Source: Ostreococcus lucimarinus (Eukaryota). From it: a stretch of DNA of 64,000 nt. Made by a program: the position numbers and the translations under genes. The DNA lies in assembly GCA_000092065.1 (NCBI GenBank), contig CP000590.1; one strand, written 5' to 3'. Positions 10,697 through 21,980 of the stretch are shown here, piece by piece (position 1 is the first letter of the stretch; each line of letters opens with the position of its first letter). The notes below the pieces were generated by a model, which saw only the letters and a program-made list of their open reading frames with translations, searched no databases and was not told where the DNA came from.

Positions 10697-10777
10697 CGAG
10701 CGTCAAAGTGAGGCGAACGCGGCGGTCGATTTACACGCGAGCTAATAATTTTCCAAAGGGCGCCGACGCCGCGCGCG

Positions 10778-11989
10778 TCACCGCACGTCGCGGTAACACC
10801 AGTCGTACAGTTTACGCAATTTCTCCGGACCGACGCCAAAGTTCCAGCTGCACGCGATCAAGACGTGTATGCACGTCGCCTTGAAGTTGCCGAGTTGCTC
10901 TATACGTCGGCCCGAGGTGGTGACGACGCGGTCCAAGAGCTTCACTCGTCCGCGGTACCGCCCGCGACCTTTGACGTGCATGCGCACGCATAAATCCGCG
11001 TCTTCCATGATGGACAGCGAACCGTCGAAGCCGCCGACGGCGTTAAAATCGTCGAGGCGACAAAACATGGCTTGGTCGCCGAACAGGATGCGAAAGCCTC
11101 GAAGGTAGCCAAAAGGGCGACTAATCACAGCGCAATACGTCGTCTTGACGACGTTGTGATACGACATCGCCCAAAACGTGCGCGACTTGGTCTCTATGAG
11201 CGACACGAACCCGCCCACGACGGTCTTTTGATCGCGAAGCTGTCGACGAATGACGTCCACGACGTCCGCCGGCGGCGTCGTATCCGCGTGCAAAAACAAT
11301 ACGTAATCCCCAGTCGCGATTCGCGCGCCCGCGTTCATCTGATTCCCTCGTCCCTTTGCTCCCGAAACCACGATCGCGCCGTGCGCGGCGGCGATCGCCG
11401 CCGTGTCATCCACCGAGTCGCCGACGCTGACTATAACCTCCGCCGCCTCGGGCTCGAGCGCGCGTCGCAGTTGCTTCAACAACCGCCCGATCGCCTTGCT
11501 TTCGTTCCGAGCCGGGACCACGATCGAGACGCGTTTTTGCTCCCACGCGTCGTCATCGGGCGCGTCGTGCGCCGGTCGATCGTTCCACGCGATGACCTCG
11601 TGCGTCGTCCAGTTGAGCGCCACCGCCCCCGCGAACAACCTCATCCACGCGTTAAACTTCCTCGACGCCCCGTCGTGGTCGGGATCGTCGTCGTCGTCGC
11701 GCCAACGCCGCGCGCCGTCGTCGTCGTTCCCACCGAACCCACCGAGCCCGCCGCCGTCGAGCGCGGCGGCGGCGACGCGCGAAGCCTCGCGACGGCGCGA
11801 GGCCCGAGGCGCGGCGCGCGCGCTCGCGCGTCGTCCACCGCGCCGCCGCGCCGCCGCGTCCAACCGCGCGCGCGACGTCGACGTCGACGTCGATGTAGAC
11901 GTCGACGCGAAAGCCGCGGACATCGCGACGCGCGTCGCGCGACCGAATGTGCGGCGGACGCGCTTCGCGTCGAGTCGTCCCGTCGTCAC
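10778..11989 (-). CDS. Glycosyltransferase family 2 protein (N-terminal Arg/Ser-rich extension)
   Basis: GT2 core: VSIVVPARNESKAIGRLLKQL, EVIVSVGDSVDDTAAIAAAHGAIVVSGAKGRGNQMNAGARIATGDYVLFLHADTTPP (DxD/nucleotide-binding fold). Confidence 0.65.
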   Translation of the reverse strand: MTTGRLDAKRVRRTFGRATRVAMSAAFASTSTSTSTSTSRARLDAAARRRGGRRASARAAPRASRRREASRVAAAALDGGGLGGFGGNDDDGARRWRDDDDDPDHDGASRKFNAWMRLFAGAVALNWTTHEVIAWNDRPAHDAPDDDAWEQKRVSIVVPARNESKAIGRLLKQLRRALEPEAAEVIVSVGDSVDDTAAIAAAHGAIVVSGAKGRGNQMNAGARIATGDYVLFLHADTTPPADVVDVIRRQLRDQKTVVGGFVSLIETKSRTFWAMSYHNVVKTTYCAVISRPFGYLRGFRILFGDQAMFCRLDDFNAVGGFDGSLSIMEDADLCVRMHVKGRGRYRGRVKLLDRVVTTSGRRIEQLGNFKATCIHVLIACSWNFGVGPEKLRKLYDWCYRDVR

Positions 11990-12889
11990 GCCGACGTCGC
12001 CTCGACACCGCGCGCGCGCGCCTCGTCATCGTCGTCCTCGACGCGCGCGCGCGCGTCCTCGTCCGCGCGCGCGTCAACCGCGCGCCGCCGCTCTCTCGAC
12101 CCGCCGTCCCGTCGCTCGACGTACTCGCAATACTCTGCGTAAAAGGCGTCCTCGCGCGGCGCGCGCGTCGTCGTCGCCTCTCGCGCCTCGCCCCAATCCC
12201 GCTCGACGCCCGGCATCCCTCGACGATCCCACACCTTTCGCCCGCGTTCCAGCGCCCGCGTGTGCTCGCGCACGCGCTCCAGCGCCGCCATCTGCGCGGC
12301 GTCGTCGCGATCGCACTTCGCCTCGAACGCGCGCAGCGCGTCTCGCAGCGCGTCGCGCCCGTCGTCGACCCGCGCTTCGCCGTACACCGCCGCGCCGCGA
12401 CTCGCGCCCGTGTCCGCGCGCGCGCGCACGTTTCGTCGCGCGACGCCCGCGCGCGTCGCGCCCTTCGCGTCGTCGTCGTCGCGCGTCGCCATCTCGCGTC
12501 GTCGTCGCGCGTCTCGGCGAGCGTTTTTTTTTCCGTTTTCACCGTCGCGACGACGTCGCGTCCGACGCGTCGCGACGCGCGGTCGCGACGACGACGGACG
12601 TCGACGACGACGCGACGACGACGACGCGAGGGGCGACGCCTCGACGCGCGCGCGTCGATTCGCGAAAGAGCGAACGCGCGTTCGCACCGCGCGCGACGGC
12701 GACCGCGCGCGACGCCTCGAGGCGCGACCGCGCGGTCGCCCTCGCGACGCGCGCGCGCGACTTACGGGTTTTTCGCGCCGTCGCGCGTCGCGCGTCGCGC
12801 GTCATTCGTCACTCGTCGGCGCGCGTCGACGCGCGTCGGGCTTCGTCGACGCCCGTCGCGTCGATCGATCGTACATTGAAGCGCGCGGC

Positions 12890-15505
12890 ATGCTCGCGCG
12901 CGTCGCGGTGCGCGCGCCCGCGCGCGACGCGCGACGCGACGCGACGAGGACGAGGACGAGGACGACGAAGCGTTCGAAGATGACGATGACGACGACGACG
13001 ACGACGACGACGCGCGCGATGGCGCGCGCGATGACGACGACGACGACGCGCGCGACGCGCGGGACGGTCGTCGTCGTCGGTGGGCGCGCGCGCGCGCGCG
13101 AGGGACGCGAGGGCGCGCGCTCGGGACGGACGCGAAGGGAGGCGCGAGGGCGCGAGGACGAGGACGAGACGGGCGAGGACGAGGCGCGAGGCGCGAGCGC
13201 GGAGGGATCGAGCGAAACGACGACGGGAGGCTCGGAAACGTCGACGTCCGAGACGGCGGCGACGGCGACGGGACGCGAGGGGGGGAAAGCGTCGTGGATA
13301 AGGGCGAAGGCGAAGGCGTTCGCGGACGGTTTACCCTTCGCGGCGAATAAAAAGAAGTGGGACGCGCTCTTCGCCGACGCCGACGCGAGTCCGCTGGACG
13401 CGGCGAAGCAGGACGTGTTGATGCGAGAGCTGTTGGCGTACGATAGGAACGATGATTTGATGAAGCGGTTCGAGACGAGACGGTACGCGAGCGGGCCGGT
13501 GTCGGTGCTCGCGTACGTCACGGCGCTCGTGCGGACGAATAGATTGGAACACTTCGTCGCGGGCGGCGATGCGGGATTCGGGAAGCCGTTGCCGAGCTTC
13601 GACGAGTCCACGGCGTATCGCAAGCTTCCGGATTTGTTGGGCGATCTCTCCGAACGCTCGAAAGGCGCGGACGCGCTCGTGCCTTTGGAGACGGGGAAGA
13701 GCGCGCAGGCGCCGTTGCACGTCGCCTTTGTCGGTGGTGTCGGTGGATTGGCGCCGCCGCAAAGCGCGGGGCGGCGATTGTTGAATGCGTTTTTAGGTTT
13801 CATGCTCTTCATCGCGAGTTTAAGCTTCTTGAGCACGCTGGCGTTGCGTCACATCGCGGTTCGCGTCATCGAGAGCGGGCCGAGTCACAGTTCGAGTCAC
13901 TCGTTGCCGGCGCCGCGAGACGAATCGGGCTCGTCTGCGTCTTCGAGCTTGGGGCCGGGTTCGAACGGTGGTGGACCGAACTTTGACCCGAAGCAGTTCA
14001 ACAAAGACACGATGCCGGAGAAGAGTTTGAAGACGTTCGACGACGTCAAAGGGTGCGACGAGGCCAAGGACGAGCTCGCGGAAATCGTCGAGTATTTGAG
14101 AAATCCGGAAAAGTTTACGCGACTCGGTGGCAAGTTGCCGAAGGGCGTCTTACTCACGGGTCCACCGGGAACGGGTAAGACCTTGCTCGCGCGCGCGGTC
14201 GCGGGCGAGGCGGACGTGCCATTCTTTTATCGAAGCGGGAGCGAGTTCGAAGAAATGTTCGTGGGCGTGGGGTCCAAGCGCGTTCGCCAGCTCTTCGCCG
14301 CGGCGAAGAAGAAGACGCCGTGCATCGTCTTCATCGACGAAATCGATTCCATCGGTACGTCGCGCAAGTCCATCGAGAACCAGCACCGAAAGACGCTGAA
14401 CCAGTTGTTGACGGAGATGGATGGGTTCGAGCAAAACGACGGCATCATCGTCCTGGCGGCGACGAACATCCCGGAGTCGCTCGACCCCGCGCTCACGCGT
14501 CCGGGGCGATTCGATCGCATGGTGCACGTGCCTAATCCCGATATCGGTGGCCGCCGCGAGATCCTCGAGCATTACTTGGACGACAAGCCGACGACGAGCG
14601 ACGTGGACGTCGACAAAATCGCGCGCGGCACCGCCGGATTTAGCGGCGCCGAGTTGTTCAACCTGGTGAACATGGCGGCGGTGCAAGCGGCGATGGCAGA
14701 CGCGCCGGCGATCACCGCCGCGGATCTTGATTGGGCGCGCGATCGCGTGTTGATGGGTGCCGAGCGCAAATCCGCGGTATTGAGCGAAGAAAACCGAAAG
14801 TTGACGGCGTACCACGAAGCCGGACACGCGCTCGTGGCGTTGAAATCCGACGCGGCGCTTCCGATTCATAAAGCCACCATCATGCCTCGAGGGTCGGCGC
14901 TGGGGATGGTGATGCAACTTCCCGACAAGGACGAGACAAGCGTGAATCGCAAGCAACTCATGGCGCGTTTGGACGTGTGCATGGGCGGTCGCTTGGCCGA
15001 GGAGCTCATCTTTGGCTCGGACGAAGTCACCACGGGGGCGAGCGGGGATCTGCAGCAAGCCACACGTTTGGCGTTTTACATGATTAGCGACGTCGGCATG
15101 AACACCAACTTAGGTCCGGTGCATCTTTCGAGCATTCGCGGTGGAAACGCCGGACGCGGTGCTTCTGGGTCCACGGAGTCCGCCGTCGACGGCGAAGTCA
15201 TCAAGCTCTTGAAGGATTCGCAAACGCGCGTGCAAAAGCTGTTAAAATCCAACCTGAGCGATTTGCACACCATCGCCAAGGCGTTGATGGAGAAGGAAAC
15301 GCTCACGGGGAACGAAATCCGCGCGCTCATCGGGATGCCTCCGGCGAAAGAACCGGTGGCCGTCGTATCGCGCGCCAAGCCCAAGGCGCCGAAGCCCAAG
15401 GCGCCCGAGGCCAAGGCGGAAAAACCGAGCGAAGACGCGGCGGAGGAGGACGAAACGACGATCATCGTCATTCAGCTCAAGGACGAGGACGATTCGCCCA
15501 AGTAG
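12890..15505 (+). CDS. FTSH: ATP-dependent zinc metalloprotease FtsH / YME1-like (i-AAA protease), single TM
   Basis: AAA Walker [24 protein letters not shown], Walker [13 protein letters not shown] region, zinc site HEAGHALVA (HEXXH), [25 protein letters not shown]. First 210 aa of listed ORF 12260..15505 are low-complexity and lie in a GC-rich intergenic region; start placed at Met211 (12890), uncertain. Confidence 0.8.
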   Translation: MLARVAVRAPARDARRDATRTRTRTTKRSKMTMTTTTTTTTRAMARAMTTTTTRATRGTVVVVGGRARAREGREGARSGRTRREARGREDEDETGEDEARGASAEGSSETTTGGSETSTSETAATATGREGGKASWIRAKAKAFADGLPFAANKKKWDALFADADASPLDAAKQDVLMRELLAYDRNDDLMKRFETRRYASGPVSVLAYVTALVRTNRLEHFVAGGDAGFGKPLPSFDESTAYRKLPDLLGDLSERSKGADALVPLETGKSAQAPLHVAFVGGVGGLAPPQSAGRRLLNAFLGFMLFIASLSFLSTLALRHIAVRVIESGPSHSSSHSLPAPRDESGSSASSSLGPGSNGGGPNFDPKQFNKDTMPEKSLKTFDDVKGCDEAKDELAEIVEYLRNPEKFTRLGGKLPKGVLLTGPPGTGKTLLARAVAGEADVPFFYRSGSEFEEMFVGVGSKRVRQLFAAAKKKTPCIVFIDEIDSIGTSRKSIENQHRKTLNQLLTEMDGFEQNDGIIVLAATNIPESLDPALTRPGRFDRMVHVPNPDIGGRREILEHYLDDKPTTSDVDVDKIARGTAGFSGAELFNLVNMAAVQAAMADAPAITAADLDWARDRVLMGAERKSAVLSEENRKLTAYHEAGHALVALKSDAALPIHKATIMPRGSALGMVMQLPDKDETSVNRKQLMARLDVCMGGRLAEELIFGSDEVTTGASGDLQQATRLAFYMISDVGMNTNLGPVHLSSIRGGNAGRGASGSTESAVDGEVIKLLKDSQTRVQKLLKSNLSDLHTIAKALMEKETLTGNEIRALIGMPPAKEPVAVVSRAKPKAPKPKAPEAKAEKPSEDAAEEDETTIIVIQLKDEDDSPK

Positions 15506-15610
15506 TTTACGCCCGAGGACGAGGAGCGACGAGGAGCGACGATGTACGACGGACACACTATGACTAGCTATCTTTCACATTACGAATACAGTACCAACAC
15601 GACGTTTCCT

Positions 15611-16612
15611 TCACGACGACCGCAGCCTGGCCAACTCGCACGCGATGTCCGCGCCGATTTTAGCGTTGTTCATCACCAACGCGATGTTCGCCTTCAAACT
15701 CGCCCCGCCCGTGAGCTCGGCGACGCGTTTCAGGACGTACGGCGTGACGTCGCGGCCCGCGACGCCTCGTTCTTCGGTTTCGCGCAACGCGCGCGCCGTC
15801 GCGCTCTCGATGCTCGCCCCCAGCGCCTCGTGCTCGAGCGGTATCGGCACCGCGAAAACGCTTCCGCTGTTTAGATTCAGCCGCAGTCCCGCGTCGATGA
15901 CCTTCGCCGCCTCCAGAGGCGTGTCCACGCGCGCCGGCGCCTCGCATCCGCTCGATCTCGTGAAAAAAGCTGGAAATTCGTCGACGCCGTACGCGCACAC
16001 CGTCACCCCGTTCGTCTCCAGCACCTCCAGCGTCCTCGGAATGTCCAGAATCGACTTCGCCCCCGCGCACACCACCGCCACCGGCGTTCTTCCGAGCTCC
16101 ATCAGATCCGCGCTCACGTCCATCGTGTCCTGCCCCCCCACGTGCACGCCACCGATCCCTCCCGTGACGAACACGTCCACGCCCGCCGCGCGCGCCAGCA
16201 CCATCGTCCCGCTCACCGTCGTCGCCGCCGTCTTTCCCGTCCCGCACGCCGCGCTCAGGTCTCGTCTCGACGCCTTCGCGCACGCCGTCCCCATGCGCGC
16301 CACGCGCTCGAGTTCACCGTCCGTCGCGCCGACGACGCAGACGCCGTCCACGATCGCCACCGTCGCCGGCGTCGCGCCTCGCGCGCGCACCGCGCGCTCG
16401 ACCGCGCGCGCCGTTTCGAGATTTTCTGGATGCGGCATCCCGTGCGCGACGATGGTGCTCTCGAGCGCGACGACGGCGCCGCCGCGCGCCAGCGTCGCGC
16501 GCACCTCGTCCGAGACGCGCACGGCGACGTCGGCGCGCGCCGTCGGCGCGACGTGCGTCGAGAGACGCGCGATGCGTCGCCGCGGGGCGTCGGCATCGCC
16601 GACGCGCGGCAT
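15611..16612 (-). CDS. PSUG: Pseudouridine-5'-phosphate glycosidase (PsuG/IndA-like)
   Basis: 333 aa; VALESTIVAHGMPHPENLETA, GATTVSGTMVLARAAGVDVFVTGGIGGVH, PVAVVCAGAKSILDIPRTLEVLETNGVTVCAYG are PsuG family signatures. Confidence 0.85.
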   Translation of the reverse strand: MPRVGDADAPRRRIARLSTHVAPTARADVAVRVSDEVRATLARGGAVVALESTIVAHGMPHPENLETARAVERAVRARGATPATVAIVDGVCVVGATDGELERVARMGTACAKASRRDLSAACGTGKTAATTVSGTMVLARAAGVDVFVTGGIGGVHVGGQDTMDVSADLMELGRTPVAVVCAGAKSILDIPRTLEVLETNGVTVCAYGVDEFPAFFTRSSGCEAPARVDTPLEAAKVIDAGLRLNLNSGSVFAVPIPLEHEALGASIESATARALRETEERGVAGRDVTPYVLKRVAELTGGASLKANIALVMNNAKIGADIACELARLRSS

Positions 16613-16679
16613 CGCGACGCGAAGTGTCGCCGCACTCCGACCCGCAGCGCGCGCCGATCGCGCGACGCGACGCGACGCG

Positions 16680-17762
16680 ATGCCCGCGGTGACGCTGTAC
16701 GCGCGCCAGCGCTCGATCGGGGACGCGCCGACGCACGACGGCGTGGAGAGCGCGCACGTCGCGGCGCTGCTGCTGACGTCGAGCGTCGAACATCGCGTCG
16801 AGCGGTGCGCGACGGCGGCGAGCTCGCCCTCGGGCGCGCTGCCGTGCGTGGAGATCGATGGTGACGTCGACGGGGACGCCTCGGGGGCGGGACCGGCGCC
16901 GCGGAGCGCGCGAGAGGCGGCGCACAGATGCGCGACGGCGACGCGGACGCGGACGCGAGACTGCGACGGCGACGCGAGCGCGGATGAACGCGCGATGATC
17001 GCGGGATTGCACGCGCTGGCGCGAGAAAATTTGAGACTGGCGAGCGAATACTTTGCGTACGTCGACGCGGTGGGATACGAGGCGCGAAAGGAGGAATTGG
17101 CGAAGACGCTGCCGTGGCCGCTGAGCGCGTGGACGGCGCGAAGCGCGGCGAAGGAGGCGAAGCGAGAGCTCGATAGGGCGGGCGTGGACGGCGAACGGGC
17201 GTGCGCGATGGCGGTGGAGGCGTATGGGGCGTTGAATAATCGATTGGTGAACTCGAACGCGAGGCACGGAGATGGGTATTGGTTGTGCGGGGCGAAACCG
17301 AGGAGCTGCGACGCGGCGGCGTACGCGCAGTTGAGTTATCACGCGCGGTCGCCCTCGTGCGGGCCGCTGCGAGCGGAGATGAAGCGGTATCCGCGGTTGA
17401 TACAGTACGTGAACGATGTCACGGAACGATTGGTGGAGATGGAGAAGACGCTGGTGCAGAACGCGGACGACGTCGAGCCCTCGCGAGGAACGGCGCCGAC
17501 GGTGGATCCGAGCGCGTGGGGCGACAGGTACGACTCGAATCACGCCGAGCGTCGAACGGGATGGAAACCGCGCACGACCAAGGCGAAGAAAATGAGCGAG
17601 AAAGATAAGGATATGCGCAGGAAGGCGTGGTACTCGGTCGGTTTCGCCGCGGCGTCGGTGATTTCGTACATGTTTCTCGGCGGCTTCATTCAACTCGATT
17701 TCGACGACGAAGACGACGAAGACGAAGATCACGCGGCGGACGACGTCGACGACGACGAATGA
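16680..17762 (+). CDS. MTX: Metaxin-like mitochondrial outer-membrane protein (GST-like fold, C-terminal TM anchor and acidic tail)
   Basis: C-terminal 360 aa of listed ORF 15645..17762 (upstream part is antisense to PsuG). N-term TLYARQ..GDAP....VAALLL.....SPSGALPCVEIDG resembles metaxin/GST-N; GST-C-like CDAAAYAQLSYH; C-terminal TM WYSVGFAAASVISYMFLGGFI then DFDDEDDEDEDH. Confidence 0.5.
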   Translation: MPAVTLYARQRSIGDAPTHDGVESAHVAALLLTSSVEHRVERCATAASSPSGALPCVEIDGDVDGDASGAGPAPRSAREAAHRCATATRTRTRDCDGDASADERAMIAGLHALARENLRLASEYFAYVDAVGYEARKEELAKTLPWPLSAWTARSAAKEAKRELDRAGVDGERACAMAVEAYGALNNRLVNSNARHGDGYWLCGAKPRSCDAAAYAQLSYHARSPSCGPLRAEMKRYPRLIQYVNDVTERLVEMEKTLVQNADDVEPSRGTAPTVDPSAWGDRYDSNHAERRTGWKPRTTKAKKMSEKDKDMRRKAWYSVGFAAASVISYMFLGGFIQLDFDDEDDEDEDHAADDVDDDE

Positions 17763-17816
17763 GTGCGTTCGCTACAAACTAAAAGATATATGCAATACAA
17801 AACGCTAATCGTGCCT

Positions 17817-18746
17817 TCAACGATGCATACAGCAGCCAAAGAGGGCGCCGGAGAGGCGCTCAAAAAACGTCGCCGGCGGTTTTTTCGCGTTCGCCAGACG
17901 CGCCGCCTTTTTCCGATACACCGCGGTGTTCTTGTAGTCCATCCTCTGGCGCACCTTGCGCTGATCGTCCTCGTGCGAGAACGATATCGCCCTTTGGAAT
18001 TCCTTGGCGAGAGCATCCACCGACGACGACGCGTTTTCCTTCTTCGCCGCCGCCGCCGCCTCGGCGGCTTCGCGTCGCAGTCTATCCTTCTTATCCTTCT
18101 TCGCCTTGAGTGCGGCCTCGTAATCTTTCCGCGCCTTGTCGTATTTCTCCACAACTTTCTGCGGCACCACGGCGGAGCCGATGTGATGGGCGCCTTGTCG
18201 CTTCTTCGTAGCTTCGTCGTCCAAGTCCTCGTCGTCCCAAATCTTTGGGGTTTCCCCTCCCAACGCGTTTAATAAACCGTTCACGCCCACGTTCACGGAG
18301 CTCCCATCTTGCGTGCTTCGCTCGTCCGCGAAATCCGGATCCACGCTCTCCGTGCTCGCGAGCATCGACCCTCCGCGCGGCCCTCGACTCGAGTGCCTCG
18401 AGCTCGCGCGCGACCCCCGTCGACTCGACCGCGCGCTCGAGCTCGAGTACCCAGCCTCGCTCCTCGCCTGATCGATCTTCTCCCGCAATTTCTCCAGCTC
18501 CGCCCGCGTGATCTCGATCGCCTCGTTCTCGGCTTCGTATTCGCTGTGTCGCGACGCCGACCGTCCCGCGTACACCGCGCCGAGCGCGTCGCGTCGGTTC
18601 AATCGCTTCGTCGACCGTCCCCGTCGACCGTCGTCGCTCGCGTCGCCCTCGTCCTCGCTCAACCACGCGTGCGCGTCGCCCGAGTCATCGTTCGCGCGCG
18701 CGCGCGCGTCGAACGACGCGAGACGTCCCGCCGCGGCGCGCGACAT
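17817..18746 (-). CDS. Hypothetical coiled-coil/Lys-rich protein
   Basis: 309 aa ORF, non-repetitive C-terminal half (KVVEKYDKARKDYEAALKAKKDKKDRLRREAAEAAAAAKK...DYKNTAVYRKKAARLANAKKPPATFFERLSGALFGCCMHR); no family recognised by eye. Confidence 0.4.
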   Translation of the reverse strand: MSRAAAGRLASFDARARANDDSGDAHAWLSEDEGDASDDGRRGRSTKRLNRRDALGAVYAGRSASRHSEYEAENEAIEITRAELEKLREKIDQARSEAGYSSSSARSSRRGSRASSRHSSRGPRGGSMLASTESVDPDFADERSTQDGSSVNVGVNGLLNALGGETPKIWDDEDLDDEATKKRQGAHHIGSAVVPQKVVEKYDKARKDYEAALKAKKDKKDRLRREAAEAAAAAKKENASSSVDALAKEFQRAISFSHEDDQRKVRQRMDYKNTAVYRKKAARLANAKKPPATFFERLSGALFGCCMHR

Positions 18747-19078
18747 TCCGGAGGGTGTTACGAGTGCGAACGCGCGCGCGTCGCGCGCGCGTCGCGCGCG
18801 CGTCGCGAGCGCGTCGCGCGTCGAGCGTCGCGGTCGGCGCGCGTTCGAGCGTCGGGACGAACCGGCGCGGCGTCGCGGCGCGCGGCGTCGTGACGCGCGG
18901 GCGGGCGGTCGTGAATGTCGAGGGGCGCGCGTCGACGCGCGCGCGCTCGAGTCCCCTCGCTCGAGTCCTGAACCGTCGATGGAGCGTTTTTTGAGCGTTT
19001 TTCGTCGGGAACGACGACGACGCGGGACCGAGGCGCGACAGAGCGACGCGCGACGCGACGCGCGAGGCGTCGAACGAC

Positions 19079-19489
19079 ATGGCGAAGATCACCGAAGTCG
19101 ACGACGGGCGCGATGGGGACGCGACGCTGGGAAAGGCGCGCACGAGGCACGAAGAGATGAAGGAATTGCAAGCGCTGGCGGATGAAATCACCGAGGACGC
19201 GCGCGATGGTTCGGGGGACGACGAGGACGAGGACGACGACGGCGAGAGCGAGAGCGAGGAGGAAATCGTGAACGGGGAGTTCGTCACCGGACCGACGGTG
19301 TGGGAAGCCGCGGCGGACGAAGAAATTCCGGAAAACCATTGGGAGTATCACATGCGCAAGAATATGAACGACGGGCGCGGCGACTCGGTGGCTCGAAACT
19401 TGGCGTACGTACCTGTGTGTAACTGCATGCCGGTGTGCGCGGGGGAGGAGTGCAGAAATCCTTATTTCATGTGGACGAAGAAGAAGTGA
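19079..19489 (+). CDS. Hypothetical small acidic protein with C-terminal Cys cluster
   Basis: 136 aa; acidic stretch DDEDEDDDGESESEEE, then NHWEYHMRKNMNDGRGDSVARNLAYVPVCNCMPVCAGEECRNPYFMWTKKK; no family recognised. Confidence 0.35.
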   Translation: MAKITEVDDGRDGDATLGKARTRHEEMKELQALADEITEDARDGSGDDEDEDDDGESESEEEIVNGEFVTGPTVWEAAADEEIPENHWEYHMRKNMNDGRGDSVARNLAYVPVCNCMPVCAGEECRNPYFMWTKKK

Positions 19490-19548
19490 ACGACGTTATT
19501 GCTGTATGAAATGAAATAAATACATTTACAACACTCGAGCGCTCGACG

Positions 19549-21187
19549 CTAAAAATTCGTCGGCGTCGCCTCGACGGGGTCGCCGCGATCGTTTCTTCGC
19601 ATGATCTCGCGCGCCAGACGCACTTGTCGACCGAGCACGAGAACAGACACGCGCCCTTCGCCCAACGCGCCGCGCGCGGTGCGCCCGACTCGTCGAACGT
19701 ACTCGCTCGGGTCGCGCGGGAAATCAAACAAGATGACGTGCTTGACTCGCGAAGCGTCCAAACCTCGAGACGCGCGGTCCGTGCACACGAGAATGTGCGG
19801 CATCTTCGACGGCGACGTGATGAACTCTTTCAGGTTTCTCTGCTGCTGCTCGCGCGACAGCGCGGCGTGGTACGGTAGTATCTTGTACTTGTCGCCGTCG
19901 CGATCGGCGCGCGTGAGCATGTTTTCGAGCTTTCTGCACGTCTCGATTTTGTTGCAAAACAGCAACGCCCGGTCGGCTTTGTCGACCTCGAGCAAATCGA
20001 GCAAGGCTTTGAACTTGCGATAAAATCCCGATTGGTCATCGAAGACGTCACCACCGCTACAATCGATGAGACGCTCGAGCATACCAGCCGAAGGACGATG
20101 AAGACCCGGGCCTTGCACGACGCGAATATCGCGCTCGAAAAACTTTTTCAGTTGCTTCAACACTTCGTCCGGGATCGTGGCGGTGACGAGCACGAACTGC
20201 GTGTCTGATTTCACCGCGTTTCGAATCGGCGCGACTTGTTCGGCGAACTCAAAGCTTTCACCGAGCAAGACGTCGCACTCGTCCAAAACCACCGCGTCGA
20301 CGTCGTCCGTGAACATTTTGCCTTCCTCGATGAGCCTCGCCACGCGCCCGGGAGTGCCGACGACGATGTCTACGCCGTCTACGAGAGCTTCAATTTGCGT
20401 TCGCGACTTACTGACGTTGTTTGCCAGGAGCGAGCGCGAGCGAAGGCCGCCGAAAGAGAGTTGCTTTACGACGTCTCGCACTTGCGTCGCGAGCTCGCTC
20501 GTCGGCGTCAAAACCAAAAGCCGCGGCTTTTTCGATTTGCTTCGCCCTTGCTCGACTTCGATCTTTTGCACGCGCTGCAGCAGCGGCAACAAGTACGCCA
20601 ACGTCTTTCCACTTCCCGCTTGATCGGCCAACAAAACGTGGCCGTCGTAGCGCGGCGCGGACGCGCCCGCGACGTCGCCGCTGAGCACGCGGTACGATTG
20701 CGCTTGAATGTGCGACGGACGATCTATTTTGAAACTCTCCTTCAACGCCGCGCGCACCTCGTCGCTCGCGCCGAGCTGGTTGAACCGCGCGCCGGAAAAG
20801 AACGAGTACTCGTCCAAATCATCCGGCTCGCGCGTGTACACCATGGGTTCGAAGTCGTCCTCGACGTACTTGCTCAAGAGTTCGGGGAGGTACTGTTTTC
20901 TCTCCTCGCCCCATCGACGTCCGTCCTCGAGTTCGTCCTCCAGCCCTCGCAACAACCAATCGTCATCGTCGTCATCGAACGCGCGATCGTCTTCGTCCAT
21001 CACGTCGTCACCTCCCTCGTACTCGCTCCTCGCGTCGTAATACCGATCCCGCCGCTCGTACGCGTCGTCGCCATCGCCTCGAAACCCTCGCGCGCCGCCC
21101 TCGCGTCCGCGCGCGCCGTCGTCACCGACCGCTCCGCGTCCAAATCGTCCCCGCCCGCGTTCGCCGTCCCGCTCGGCGCCGTCGAAC

Positions 21188-21230
<43 letters not shown>

Positions 21231-21726
21231 CCTCGCGCGCGCCGCCGCGACCGCCGCGACCCCGCCGTCCTCCCTCGCGCGCGCGTCCACCGCCGTCCGC
21301 CTCGAACCTCGACCCGAACCGCGCGTCGTCTCTTTCTCTCCGCGCGAATCCGTCGTCTCTTTCTCTCCGCGCTCGCCGCGCGTCGTCGCCGTCGTCGCCG
21401 TCGTCGCCGCGCCTCGCGTCCGCGTCGCCCGGCCGCGAGCCGTCGCCGCGCTCGATGATTCGAAACCCGCCTCGCCGCTCGGCGTCGCGCTCGCGCGCGT
21501 CGCGCTGGTGCGCGCGCTCGTCGGCGTCGTCGCGCCGATGCGTCCCTCGCGCGCGAGACGCGCGCGCGTCGTCGTCGTCGCGAAACGCGGCGGCGGCGGC
21601 GCGACGGGGCGCGCGCGCGCGCGCGAGGGACGCGCGCGAGACGCGCGAGGACGCGCGACGCGCGAGGGCGACGACGCCGACGCGCGTCGCGCGCGCGCGC
21701 GAGGGCGCGGTCGCGGCGGAGGTCAT
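19549..21726 (-). CDS. DEAD-box ATP-dependent RNA helicase with N-terminal presequence and GR/RGG-repeat region
   Basis: Motifs Q, I (ADQAGSGKTLAYLLP), Ia (VLTPTSELATQV), II (VLDECDVLL, a DECD box), III, V (LVCTDRASRGLD), VI (HRVGRTARG). N-term contains (GR)n encoded by (cgtcct)7 at ~21188..21229. Confidence 0.9.
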
Positions 21727-21980
21727 CGCGCGGCGGGGTGTGAGGATGCGCGACGACGACTGGCGTTACAAGAGCGTCCGGGCGCGGACGACGCGCGCGG
21801 GACGGCGCGGCTCGCGAAGCCGGCGCTCGCGAGATTTAAAACACAACAACAACGCGCGTGAGGGAAACCTCGCGCGAGGGATAACGACGGGGGAGAAAAT
21901 TTGACCGGGAGCGGCGGCGCCGACGAGACGCGGGACGCGCGCCGCGCGCGTTTCGGCGGCGGCGCGAGAACGCGTCGCGA

